20,812 nucleotides of DNA, taken from contig JAAOMT010000466.1 of the NCBI GenBank assembly GCA_016748015.1, positions 4,309 through 25,120 on the forward strand, in the 5' to 3' direction. The notes below the pieces were generated by a model that was not told the DNA's origin, did no database searches, and was given only the letters and a program-made list of their open reading frames with translations. The number at the start of each line of letters is the position of its first letter. Position 1 is the first letter of the stretch. The position numbers and the translations under genes were made by a program. Below are positions 10,937 to 20,812 of the stretch, piece after piece. The stretch comes from Geosiphon pyriformis uo1 (Eukaryota > Fungi > Glomeromycota).

Positions 10937-11345
10937 ATTTTTCCTCACGATAAATACGACGACCACTATCAAAGCCTTTTAAATAAAATTGGATATTCAA
11001 TTCCTCAAGAATTTGTTTCTTAAAAAAGCAAATTAGAAATTTGATTTCCCTTTACTTACCCAAGGATCTAGAAATTCATTGCTTTCTTTTAAGTGGCCGT
11101 GTTCATATAAATACCTTTCAGGCATAAATTTCTCAGGATCGTTTGTATACTGGGATTAAAATTTAGCGAATAAGTGTTGAGAATTACAGTATCCCTCGCC
11201 GGTCATCTCTTATCGGTTTTTTGAACATTGATAGGCATGATTGGTCTGCAATTAAAATTCAAACTTATTATTCTACGCATTACAAATGTAAGATATTATT
11301 TGTGATATCATCTACCTATAGCGAAGAACTTTTTTTAAAAATGAT
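10932..11345 (-). pseudogene. Cytochrome P450 pseudogene, 3' part (K helix to heme-binding motif)
   Basis: FLKKVLRYR|P (ExxR with E>K), intron 11315-11246, PIMPINV...DTVILNTYSLNFNP...DPEKFMPERYL (PERF motif)...DPW, intron 11059-10976 (GTAAGT...AAG), then FDSGRRIYREEKLA (decayed FxxGxRxCxG, heme Cys read as TAT). Confidence 0.88.
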
Positions 11346-11519
11346 AAAATTATTAACTTAAATGAATAATAGTTATCAAATATTCAATTCACTTTAAAGC
11401 TTAAAATAATAATTATCTGCAAAAAAGAAAATAGACCGAAATTTTTCACATTCCTATAAAATATAGAACTATTAATAATATTGTAATAATAGCAATTTCA
11501 ATTATGTTCCCAAAATTGG

Positions 11520-12050
11520 ATACAACTTTGTAATCAGTGTCAAAAATTTCTCAATCATATACTTTTATATCCGGACTAGGCCAACTATTTCCTCATTTAC
11601 AAAAATGTAATCAAGGATTCTGTGAGCTCTCCAAGAGTTTTTCTTTAGATTCAGCCTCTCCAACTGTGATATTGGTTAGGCCGACTTCTTTCACTTGCCT
11701 AAAATTCACATTATCTTTAGATTCATTATTATCGAAATTCTTACCAACAATCACTTATGTGTTTTTGTTCACTGCTTTCAAAATAGTAGCATTAATAAAA
11801 TTAACTTAATTCATTTTTTTCATAGAAAGCTTTAGCAAACGCACCAATTCCAATAATGCTAATCTTTTTCTTGAATGACAATTTGATTTTCAAAAAACTT
11901 TTTTCGATCTCTTTAATTAACTTTTAACAATAATGACCATTTTCAATCTATTCATCTTTGTTTTTGCTTAAAATGTCAACTTTTACATTCTGAAATTTAT
12001 CCTTAATTCAAGATTTTACTTTGCCTTTGAACTTAGTTTTGATAACAATA
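11520..12050 (-). pseudogene. Degenerate coding remnant, possibly RNI-like leucine-rich repeat
   Basis: Less AT-rich than its flanks. The minus strand reads SFLKIKLSFKKKISIIGIGAFAKAFYEK, resembling LxxLxLxxNxIxxxGAxALAxAL. Many stops. Confidence 0.25.
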
Positions 12051-13666
12051 AAAATGATGGTTTTATTTTTTTTATGTCATTTTATATCATTTTTCTATTT
12101 GGCAGATTTGCTCATATCTTTTCTATTACACATGGCATTTTTTTGTTTAATTTATTATAGAGCTTGATCCAAAAATAAGCTTGTTTATTTGGTCACCAAT
12201 TTTTTTAGAGTAACAAAAATGTAATTAAAATCTATTATTAAGTATTATTATATTTAATTTCTGGCACTTTAATAGCTGTATTCTAATTAGCAACTTTTAT
12301 TTATATAAATAAAATCATTAATAATAATTTTGAAATCTCTTTTATTTATTAGAAAATATAGACATATTAATAAATTTTATTCTATTGCAATTAAATTTAT
12401 ATTTTAAAACCGCAAAATAGTTGTAGTTTTAAAAAAGTTACAATAATCTGTTTATAAAGCACTTTGGCGTAAATAAAACTTTTAAATTAATTATTAAAAA
12501 TTTTTGATGGTCACAATTTAAGAGATTTGTTAAAATATATGTAAAATTATATAATATTTGCTCTTAATCTAAACTTTTTTGTTACTTGTTTTTCAGTTTA
12601 TTACAATCTTAAAAAAAATGTAGTTTTAAAGATAGTAGATTATTCAATTAAAAATAACTTACTTATTATGCTTAAAAAATATAATTTTAAAAAAAATGAC
12701 TTAATTGGTTCTTTAATATATTATTAAACTACATAATATTTTAAATAAAATTGTTTTAAATCATAATTTTTAATTTGTGTCTTGTTTTTTAGTGTTTTTT
12801 TAAGCTTTTTGGCATTAAAATTTTGCTATCATTAATATTTTATTTTAAACTAATAGTTAAATTAAACATATTAATTTAATTTAAAACAATATTTATAATA
12901 TTTTACAAATTACTAATAAAATAATTGGTTTGATCTACTACTATTATTATAATTTACATATAATAACATTTTTTAAACTTTAATTATAAATAAATTTCTT
13001 GATTTAATACTTTTGTATTTAAAGAATTAATAAATTTTATTGTTAAAAAACATATTATTAAGATTTAAATAGTATTAATAAATATATATAAAAAGTAAAT
13101 TAATAGTATTAAAAAAACACTTAAATTTAGAACAATTAATAAAATTTGATTATTATAATACAACATTAAAATAATTTGACTTTATAATAAGTTAGATTAT
13201 AAGAAGCTTGATTTATTTTTAATAATTTATTAAATTAATTCGGTGATTTACAAGTTAAAACCACTAACATATTTTAAGATTTATAATGTTTTTTATGTTT
13301 TTTATTAGAATTTTATTAAAATTTAAACTTATTTGAGCATACAAAAAAGCCATTCTTATTTATTTAACTGAAAAATAATATTAAGTTTATAATTGATAAA
13401 ATATTCATTAATTAGTTTAAGTATTTTATGTTTAATATTTAAACAAATCTATTTTTTTAAAGAAATATTGTTTAAGAAGAAAAAAATATTACAAAGAAAC
13501 AATTAATTAAAGAAATTTTAGATTCTTAGCTTTTTAAGTAGATTAACATAAGTTGTAAATTAAATTTTTTATCTTAATACTATTTTTTATGCTTAGTTTC
13601 TCATTATTTTACCTAATTATAACATAAATAAGATTTTTTAAAGTTATAGAAAAATATCTAACCATC

Positions 13667-14986
13667 TATTCTGGGTGAACAAAATTAACAAATATTTTAT
13701 GTTTTTATTATTCAAGATAATATAATGATAAAAATAAACACAAGAATTTATTTATAGATAGTTTAACTGTTATAAATAATAAAAAATATGTTAAAAATAC
13801 AATTATTAATTGAAATAAAGATATAATTGTCATTGTTTACCTTTTATTTTTAAAGATTTGCACAAAAGTTTGCAGAAATTAATTGAATTTTCAAACATCA
13901 AAAATTCAGAGAAAAGAATTGACTGGTTTTGAACATATAAAACTTATTACTTTTTTAATAGAATAATATTCTATATGTAAAATAATAAAAAAATTTAATT
14001 ATTTTAAATCTACTATTTAAAATACACTTTTTTATTATTAAAATTGAACACTATTCAATATGCATTTAAAAGTAATAGACCTTCTTACTTAATAAAAACT
14101 TTCTTACAATTATAAAAATAATCAAAAATACTAAAAAGTATAGTTAAAGAGATACAAAAAGAATCAATTAAAATTAATTCTAAATGTTAACAAAAACAAT
14201 CAAAAAGTTTTTATATCAAATGAGACTTAATTTTCAAAATGCAGCCAAGAAACCTTTATTAACAAAGATACAACAGAAAAATCGACTTACCTGGTGTATT
14301 AAACATTTTAATTAAACTATAAAAAAATGGAATCAAGTTATTTAGAGTGATTAATAAAAAATTTGTCTTTTTCATAATAAATCTCAAAGAATATGGAAAA
14401 AAAATGAAGAAAAGTTCAATAAGAAAAATTTATTTCCAACAGTAAAGCATAGTGAATATGAAATTATGATATAGGAATATTTTTGTAGAACTGAATTAAG
14501 TTTTTTGGTTTTAGTGAAAGGCATATTAAATCGGTTTGGATATATTGAGATTTTAAAAAAAAAAATTATTATCATGAATTGAATATAAATTTTATTTTTA
14601 ATCTTATTTCTTTTAATAAAACAATGTTCCAATCCATACTTTTCAAAGTTTAAAGACATACATAATAGAAAAAAACATTAAATTACTCTCAAATGGCTGG
14701 TATAATTATCCAATCTTAATTCTATAGAAATATATAGAACAATTTACAAAAAAACTCAAGAAACGCAATCTGTATTCTGTAAATAACTCAGAATTATTCA
14801 TGGTATTACAAGATAAATGAAGCAAAATTTCCTAAAAATTTATAAAAATTTGGTTTTTAATATGTTTAAATGTGTTGAAGAATGTGTTGAGGAGAAAGGA
14901 GGACCAACTCATTATTAATACTTATGTATAAAAAATAATTAATCAAGAAATAAAAAAGTGTTTGATGACTTTGTTCACCTAGTATA
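13667..14986 (+). mobile_element. Tc1/mariner-superfamily DNA transposon, full length (~1.32 kb), inactivated
   Basis: Left TIR TATTCTGGGTGAACAAAATTAACAAATATTTTT versus reverse-complemented right TIR TATACTAGGTGAACAAAGTCATCAAACACTTTTT, with TA at both ends. Decayed transposase motifs: AAKKPLLT..RLTWC, WNQVI*SD (WSDE), PTVKHSEYEIMI*EYF (PTVKHGGGSVMVWGCF), NNVPIHT (DNAPxH), WLV*LSNLNSIE (WPxxSPDLNPIE), EECVEEKGGPTHY* (ends ~14915). Confidence 0.93.
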
Positions 14987-15569
14987 TATATTAGTAAATT
15001 AAATTATTTTTATCTTTCTTATACTTATTTCTTTTTTAATTTGAATATCTTAAAATAAAAATGACATTTGTTTTTTAATTTGTATTTTCATTGACTTTGT
15101 TGAAAGTATTTATAAATAAATAATTAATATCTGTTATTAAATCTAAAAGTGCTAATTAAGACATAAAATTTAGCAGCTGTATTATTTTTTATTAATAATA
15201 TAAACTATTTTTTAATCTTGAAATTTTCTCAAAAATATCAGCAACTAAAATTTTATTATTTATCTATTCAATTTACTGCTTTTAATCACAATTTTCCTTA
15301 ATTGTTTTTATTACCATATAAAGTCTATTTTTTTAGCTGTTAAATTTTATCCTAATTATAATAATATGATATTAATAGCTATTAAAAAAATATTAAAAAA
15401 ACAAACCAAAAATTAATTTATTTTAATGAAATTTAAAATTAATAAATTATTATTTGTTTTTGTCATTATTCAATTAAGATTTTCAATTTATTTTGATAAT
15501 GACTCAGTGTTGCAATTTAATAATATATTAGGCAATAATATTATATAAATAGCCGCTTTATTATTAAAA

Positions 15570-15630
15570 TTAATTATTGGCTTAATCATTAACCTGATTA
15601 ATGATCTGATTGTTGGTTTAATTATTAAAT
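15570..15630 (-). repeat. Degenerate 12-bp-period tandem repeat
   Basis: The minus strand reads NN* TNNQ IINQ VND* ANN*, a 4-codon period with Q codons converted to TAA. Confidence 0.4.
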
Positions 15631-16210
15631 GTTTTTGGAATATTATTTTCACTTTTCATATTTTCATTTGTATAAATAATTTTCTTTTGTTTTTTTTTAA
15701 CTGATTTTAAGGCCACACCTTTTATTTACCGAGTTAATTGTTTACTTGAAACTTTTTTGGGTATATAATTAAATTTGATCACTAAGTTTTATTATAGACA
15801 AAAAACTTATTAGCAAAATATTTTTTTTCTTTTAATTGAAAATTCTTCTTGACTAAACAATCTGAAATATTTGGAAAGATAAATGTAAGCATGTAAAAAT
15901 AACCAAAATCTACCAATTTCTGAATAATTTATTTTAATACAAAATATTTTTTCGATAGATTGAGAATAAAATATAACAAAGAAAAAGTTTTAGTCAATAA
16001 AAATCTGGATGTAAAATCAATCTTATTTTGCCAAAATAATAACTTAAAAACTTATAATAGATTAATAATATAAAACATAAATAAAGTATATGTTTTTAAA
16101 ATGCTATTATTATATAGTATATTGAAAATTCGACTGCTTTGATATTTTAATCTTGATCTCGAAGAAAATATTTAATTGGGAACTCGGAAATAATTGATCA
16201 ATCGATAAAG

Positions 16211-16222
16211 TGCAGATTAACA
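16211..16222 (+). promoter_or_regulatory. Candidate conserved upstream motif TGCAGATTAACA (paralog C)
   Basis: Identical to 10355-10366. Confidence 0.4.
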
Positions 16223-16310
16223 TGTGACTTCAACTCCGAATAAGTATATAATTAGCATAAATACTGATTGTAGGGAAAAAGACTTCACACAGACTTCACA
16301 TATTTTACCG

Positions 16311-17288
16311 ATGTCACCTCAACAATACTTTCACGCTTTATCCAATGATTTTGGGAATTTATTTAACAGTCAGAAGTTCTCTGATATTAGAATTATAGTT
16401 GGCGAAGCGCCCAATTTTAGAACTTTTCATGCTCATTCCTAAATTTTAGCAGCAAGATCACCATATTTTGCTGTCGCACTCTCTAGCGATTGGATTAAAA
16501 GGGAAAATAATATCATTATCTTCCCTAAACCTAATATTTCACCAAAGATTTTTGAAATAATTCTCANNNNNNNNNNNNNNNNNNNNNNNNNNNNNNNNNN
16601 NNNNNNNNNNNNNNNNNNNNNNNNNNNNNNNNNNNNNNNNNNNNNNNNNNNNNNNNNNNNNNNNNNNNTACATCATTATCTCGTACCGGGTAGTCATCAA
16701 AAGTCTGTAGACGCTCAGCCATTACGTTCTTCCCGATTAAATATTGATACAAAGCTTCTTAAATCGCAAAACATAAAACAGCTTGATCATTGGATTCAAG
16801 GAAAAGACGAAAACACTCCTTTTGGAAATCAACTTGGAAATAATTTTAAATTATTACTTCGTGGAAGTCGAGACGGATATACTCCAACAGATTTTCATCA
16901 ATTTTGCGATGAAAAAGGAGCAACAGTTAGCGTAATCGAAGTGAAAGAAACTGGTCAGATAATTGGCGGTTTTAACCCACAATCTTGGCACTCTCAAAAT
17001 AAATATATAAATGGAGAAAGAACTTTTATTTTTTCTCTTGGAGATGATAAAACTGAAAATGCTATGCTTAGCAAGTTTGTTACAGGATCTGGACCTTATG
17101 GTGGGGAATTTTGTGGACCCGCTTTTGGAAATGCTAATATTGGATTGTATGGCAATGATTTTAAAAATAGTTCAGAGTGCGCTTGTCAAAAGAAAATTAA
17201 TTATGAGCATGCTTTACTTGGATCAGAAAACGGAACTGTGTTTTTTTCTGTCGAGGAGTATGAAGTTTTTCAAATAATAAAAAGATAA
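16311..17288 (+). pseudogene. BTB-BACK-TLDc family paralog C: BTB and complete TLDc, one in-frame stop, BACK region lies in an assembly gap
   Basis: MSPQQYFHALSNDFGNLFNSQKFSDIRIIVGEAPNFRTFHAHS*ILAARSPYFAVALSSDWIKRENNIIIFPKPNISPKIFEIIL (TAA at 16440-16442). After the gap the frame is open: HHYLVPG...FKLLLRGSRDGYTPTDFHQFCDEKGATVSVIEVKETGQIIGGFNPQSW...FIFSL...GPAFG...FSVEEYEVFQIIKR*. Confidence 0.92.
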
Positions 17289-17804
17289 ATACGCTTATAT
17301 CTTAATTTATTTATACACCGTCTGAAGGTTGTGCTGTCTATCTTAGAAAATTTCACTGGCGGAATATTTTATAGCCTATTATTAAGGCCCACAATTTTAA
17401 AACATCGAAAAACTTAAAAAAAGACTTTATCAAACAACTTATAATTTCTTAAGTTTAAGTTTATTACAGGGTAAAACTATAAAACGCTCTTTACCTGTGA
17501 AATGATATAAAAAAATGCTTCAATAATGAGAATTGAAGAGTAAAGTGTTCAAACAAAAATACAATAAAATTCTATTAAATAATGGTTTTTAATATCAAGT
17601 TATTTTCTTATTTATTCAAAACTTTGATTTTTTTATTGACTGTGATTGAAATTCCAAATATTCAGAAGAAATGCAATTGAAGATGGCTTTCAAACTACTA
17701 GTGACATTCTATTTTTTGCTCTGTTCCCTTAAAATCGCATTTTCCCATTTTAGAAAAATAAATTTCTTGAATCAAATTAACTGATGGTAGTGAGTGTAAT
17801 ATCG

Positions 17805-18730
17805 AATAGAACCAATATAGCTTTAACTTAGGTTCTGCTTCACATTATAAAATCTCCTCTGCCAATAAATTCATATGTAGATGCCCCTGTACCTCTCGAT
17901 AACTGGCCAAAAAGGCAAAAACTCATTGATAGGTTCCAACAGTATTTCAACTTCCTTCTTTAATTCGTGGTTATGAGCTGATGTAACAATGGATTCGTCA
18001 ACAGTGACATTTCTCAATACTTGAGCAACGAAAACAATTACATCTATCGTCTCTTGACGAACCCTTGAAACAAGACTCATTGTGATTATCTTTAGTTCGT
18101 CTTTAAGCTCTAGAGTTCTCGACAAAACTTATGCATTGACGGCAGATAAGATCCAAGGAAAGAAATCCATTAGCATGGCTTAGAGAGTGTGAAAATCATT
18201 TATTAATAATGGGTCATCATGCTTCCCATCAGCTGGATAGTACCATAGACTATAATGGAGAAGTTGGTAAACAATAAGTAGATAGTTAAATGGGGATCAA
18301 AAGATTTATCGATAACGGTTTGTTGAAGTCCAGTATTAATAGAAGTACGCCTTTTTTCCACCAATTTCCATACTATGCAAATAATTCCCAGCCTGTTAGA
18401 AATCAAATTATTGAACCAAAGATTGCTTGTTTATGGAAAAACATTAACAAGAAATTCTAACGTAACTTACTGGCCTACTAGAATAATTTACACCGCGATT
18501 AACAAATAACTCTTGTGCGATTTGCTGATCATGAAAGTTTCAGCCCTTAAAAATCGGTCCATATTGGTTTCCCTCTCCGAAAAGTTTCGTTTAACGTCTT
18601 TTAATTTGTAAAATGTACCAATGACTGGAAGGGCCAGAGGACCAGGTAAAGGAATCGTGTCATTTAGTGTTTTTTGCTTGTGGTTTGAGACAAAAACAAT
18701 GAAGAATGAAGATATGATGAGAAATTCCAT
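17805..18730 (-). pseudogene. Cytochrome P450 pseudogene, 5' part (membrane anchor to just before the K helix)
   Basis: ATG at 18730, MEFLIISSFFIVFV (anchor), PLPGPLALPVIG (Pro-rich hinge), YSSRP then GTAAGT donor at 18470, YGNWWKK (C helix region), FDPH..IVYG, DDPLL, DFFPWIL, FVAQVL, VFAFLASYREVQ (end of I helix and J helix), FIGRG, EPKL..YIGSI. Multiple frameshifts and stops. Confidence 0.88.
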
Positions 18731-18777
18731 AGTTGATGAGGGACAAAAATTAATCAAAGTTTAAAACAATGGAGGGT

Positions 18778-18788
18778 GTTATATAAAG
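18778..18788 (-). promoter_or_regulatory. Possible TATA box of the P450 gene
   Basis: TTTATATAA on the minus strand about 50 bp upstream of the ATG at 18730. Weak evidence in AT-rich DNA. Confidence 0.25.
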
Positions 18789-20613
18789 TCTTGATAAATG
18801 TTTTAAAGCAGGCCATGTATTAGTGATCAAAGCTCCCAAATTTACATTACAATAGATTAAATTTGGTCCGTTCCTTGAGGATTATACTTAAATAAAAATG
18901 GTATATTTTCCAGAATTAATTCATTATAAAAATCATAATGTATTTCGTGTTTGATTTTTAGAATTTATATTTATAACACTACTTTAGAATGCCAAAATTT
19001 TTTATTATTTCATTTTTTTACTCTCAACTCATTCATATCAGCTTTATTATTTGGTANNNNNNNNNNNNNNNNNNNNNNNNNNNNNNNNNNNNNNNNNNNN
19101 NNNNNNNNNNNNNNNNNNNNNNNNNNNNNNNNNNNNNNNNNNNNNNNNNNNNNNNNNNNNNNNNNNNNNNNNNNNNNNNNNNNNNNNNNNNNNNNNNNNN
19201 NNNNNNNNNNNNNNNNNNNNNNNNNNNNNNNNNNNNNNNNNNNNNNNNNNNNNNNNNNNNNNNNNNNNNNNNNNNNNNNNNNNNNNNNNNNNNNNNNNNN
19301 NNNNNNNNNNNNNNNNNNNNNNNNNNNNNNNNNNNNNNNNNNNNNNNNNNNNNNNNNNNNNNNNNNNNNNNNNNNNNNNNNNNNNNNNNNNNNNNNNNNN
19401 NNNNNNNNNNNNNNNNNNNNNNNNNNNNNNNNNNNNNNNNNNNNNNNNNNNNNNNNNNNNNNNNNNNNNNNNNNNNNNNNNNNNNNNNNNNNNNNNNNNN
19501 NNNNNNNNNNNNNNNNNNNNNNNNNNNNNNNNNNNNNNNNNNNNNNNNNNNNNNNNNNNNNNNNNNNNNNNNNNNNNNNNNNNNNNNNNNNNNNNNNNNN
19601 NNNNNNNNNNNNNNNNNNNNNNNNNNNNNNNNNNNNNNNNNNNNNNNNNNNNNNNNNNNNNNNNNNNNNNNNNNNNNNNNNNNNNNNNNNNNNNNNNNNN
19701 NNNNNNNNNNNNNNNNNNNNNNNNNNNNNNNNNNNNNNNNNNNNNNNNNNNNNNNNNNNNNNNNNNNNNNNNNNNNNNNNNNNNNNNNNNNNNNNNNNNN
19801 NNNNNNNNNNNNNNNNNNNNNNNNATCTTTTATGGTCTAATTACAATATTGTTTAGTCGATTTTAAACAGTTTTTTGTATATGATTTACTATGTTACATC
19901 TTTTATGTATCAATATAAATATCAAATTTAGGTAACAAAGTCATTATTTTTAAATTATATAGTTTTTGAAGAAATACCTTTCAATGTAAATAAACCATTT
20001 ATTCAAACAAATCTGATTTAAATAAAAATATTTATTTATTAAAATTTTTCAAGTTAAGATTTTAAAACTAATTTTATTTTAAAAGCATTTGTGCATTATT
20101 AAATTTAATAAGCAAAGTAAAATGACAATGGTTATGAAATATAAACTTTCAAAATAAGATTGTAGTATATTAACTGCCAATTTTCAAAATTTCTTAATAA
20201 GATTATATATAGTTTTGTTTGAATAACCTGTTATTTTACTTATTTTTTTGATGTTTGGATGTTTTAGTTTCATAATTATTTTATAATCATTCTTTGTATA
20301 TTATAAATAGATTGTTGCGCATTTTAGAAAATATTGATATTAAATATAAGATCAGAGTTGGAAATTTCAAATTGGTAAATTCATGCACATAAAAAATTTG
20401 AAAACTATTGTATATTTTCCAAATGATAAATTCCTGGAAATTTTTGAATAAAAGACTATCATATTTTTTCTTTTAAGTTAAGTCTCCAAATTACGCAAAT
20501 AATTGGTTGTATACGCCGTGTTATCAATTTCGCCATATAAGGAGTAATTTTTCTTGGTCGAACAGCCCCTTTTTTAGGAACTAAGGGAATTTTTTTTTAA
20601 GGTTTTTATAGAT

Positions 20614-20672
20614 AAAAGAAATCACATTAAGAATGCTAAAACTAAAACGCTAGCATTCACTGTGATTCTTTT
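20614..20672. repeat. Imperfect hairpin (~22-bp stem, 12-nt loop)
   Basis: AAAAGAAATCACA-TTAA-GAATGCTA, loop AAACTAAAACGC, then TAGCATTC-AC-TGTGATT-CTTTT. Confidence 0.65.
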
Positions 20673-20811
20673 GCGATTGTTTTTGTTTTTTGTACATAAA
20701 AATGTTTTTTAATATATAAAGCTCAATGTTATCATCCTCATTTCTTAGGAAGAGATGATTTTCTACGCTGTTGATAGTGCCAGTTAGTTTACCACCATCT
20801 TGGATTAATGG
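20650..20811 (-). other. Open frame entering from the window edge, possibly the 3' end of a neighbouring gene
   Basis: PLIQDGGKLTGTINSVENHLFLRNEDDNIELYILKNIFMYKKQKQSQKNHSEC* with locally higher GC. No recognisable motif. Confidence 0.2.
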
Positions 20812-20812
20812 A

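Noticed and set aside
12500-12520. FDGHN motif resembling a pogo/DDE_1 transposase
   Set aside because: A single short motif in very AT-rich DNA with no other supporting motifs or TIRs found.
14384-14659. Minus-strand 91-aa ORF
   Set aside because: Antisense to the decayed Tc1 transposase.
17011-17277. Alternative-frame 88-aa ORF, and the minus ORF at 16564-16752
   Set aside because: Out-of-frame or antisense overlaps of the TLDc region. The second also runs into the gap.
17465-17499. Small inverted repeat TACAGGGTAAA...TTTACCTGT resembling a mariner terminus
   Set aside because: Only about 9 bp with a bulge, and no element body or partner end.
18951-19866. Three long ORFs (271-301 aa) in the ORF track
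   Set aside because: They consist almost entirely of the 768-N gap and are artefacts.

Overview
Very AT-rich eukaryotic DNA with short GT-AG introns and four N gaps (1089-1138, 3344-3363, 16567-16668, 19057-19824). The gene families present (BTB-BACK-TLDc paralogs, a TKL-type kinase with an IHCDLH/HPEAVYT signature, a fungal-type cytochrome P450) suggest an arbuscular mycorrhizal fungus (Glomeromycota); this is an inference. I find no clearly intact gene, so the window looks like a zone of gene birth and death. Contents in order: (1) a ~0.9/1.25 kb direct duplication across the first gap; (2) a ~0.65-0.7 kb imperfect inverted repeat enclosing a decayed intron-containing gene for a secreted Asn/Gly-repeat protein; (3) a kinase pseudogene; (4) three BTB-BACK(-TLDc) paralogs; (5) a full-length, heavily G>A/C>T-mutated Tc1/mariner element with recognisable TIRs; (6) two minus-strand cytochrome P450 pieces 6.5 kb apart that are complementary at the K helix. 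The 3' P450 piece is fused tail-to-tail with a BTB-BACK gene through a 5-bp overlap. All translations and alignments were done by eye, so boundaries are approximate.
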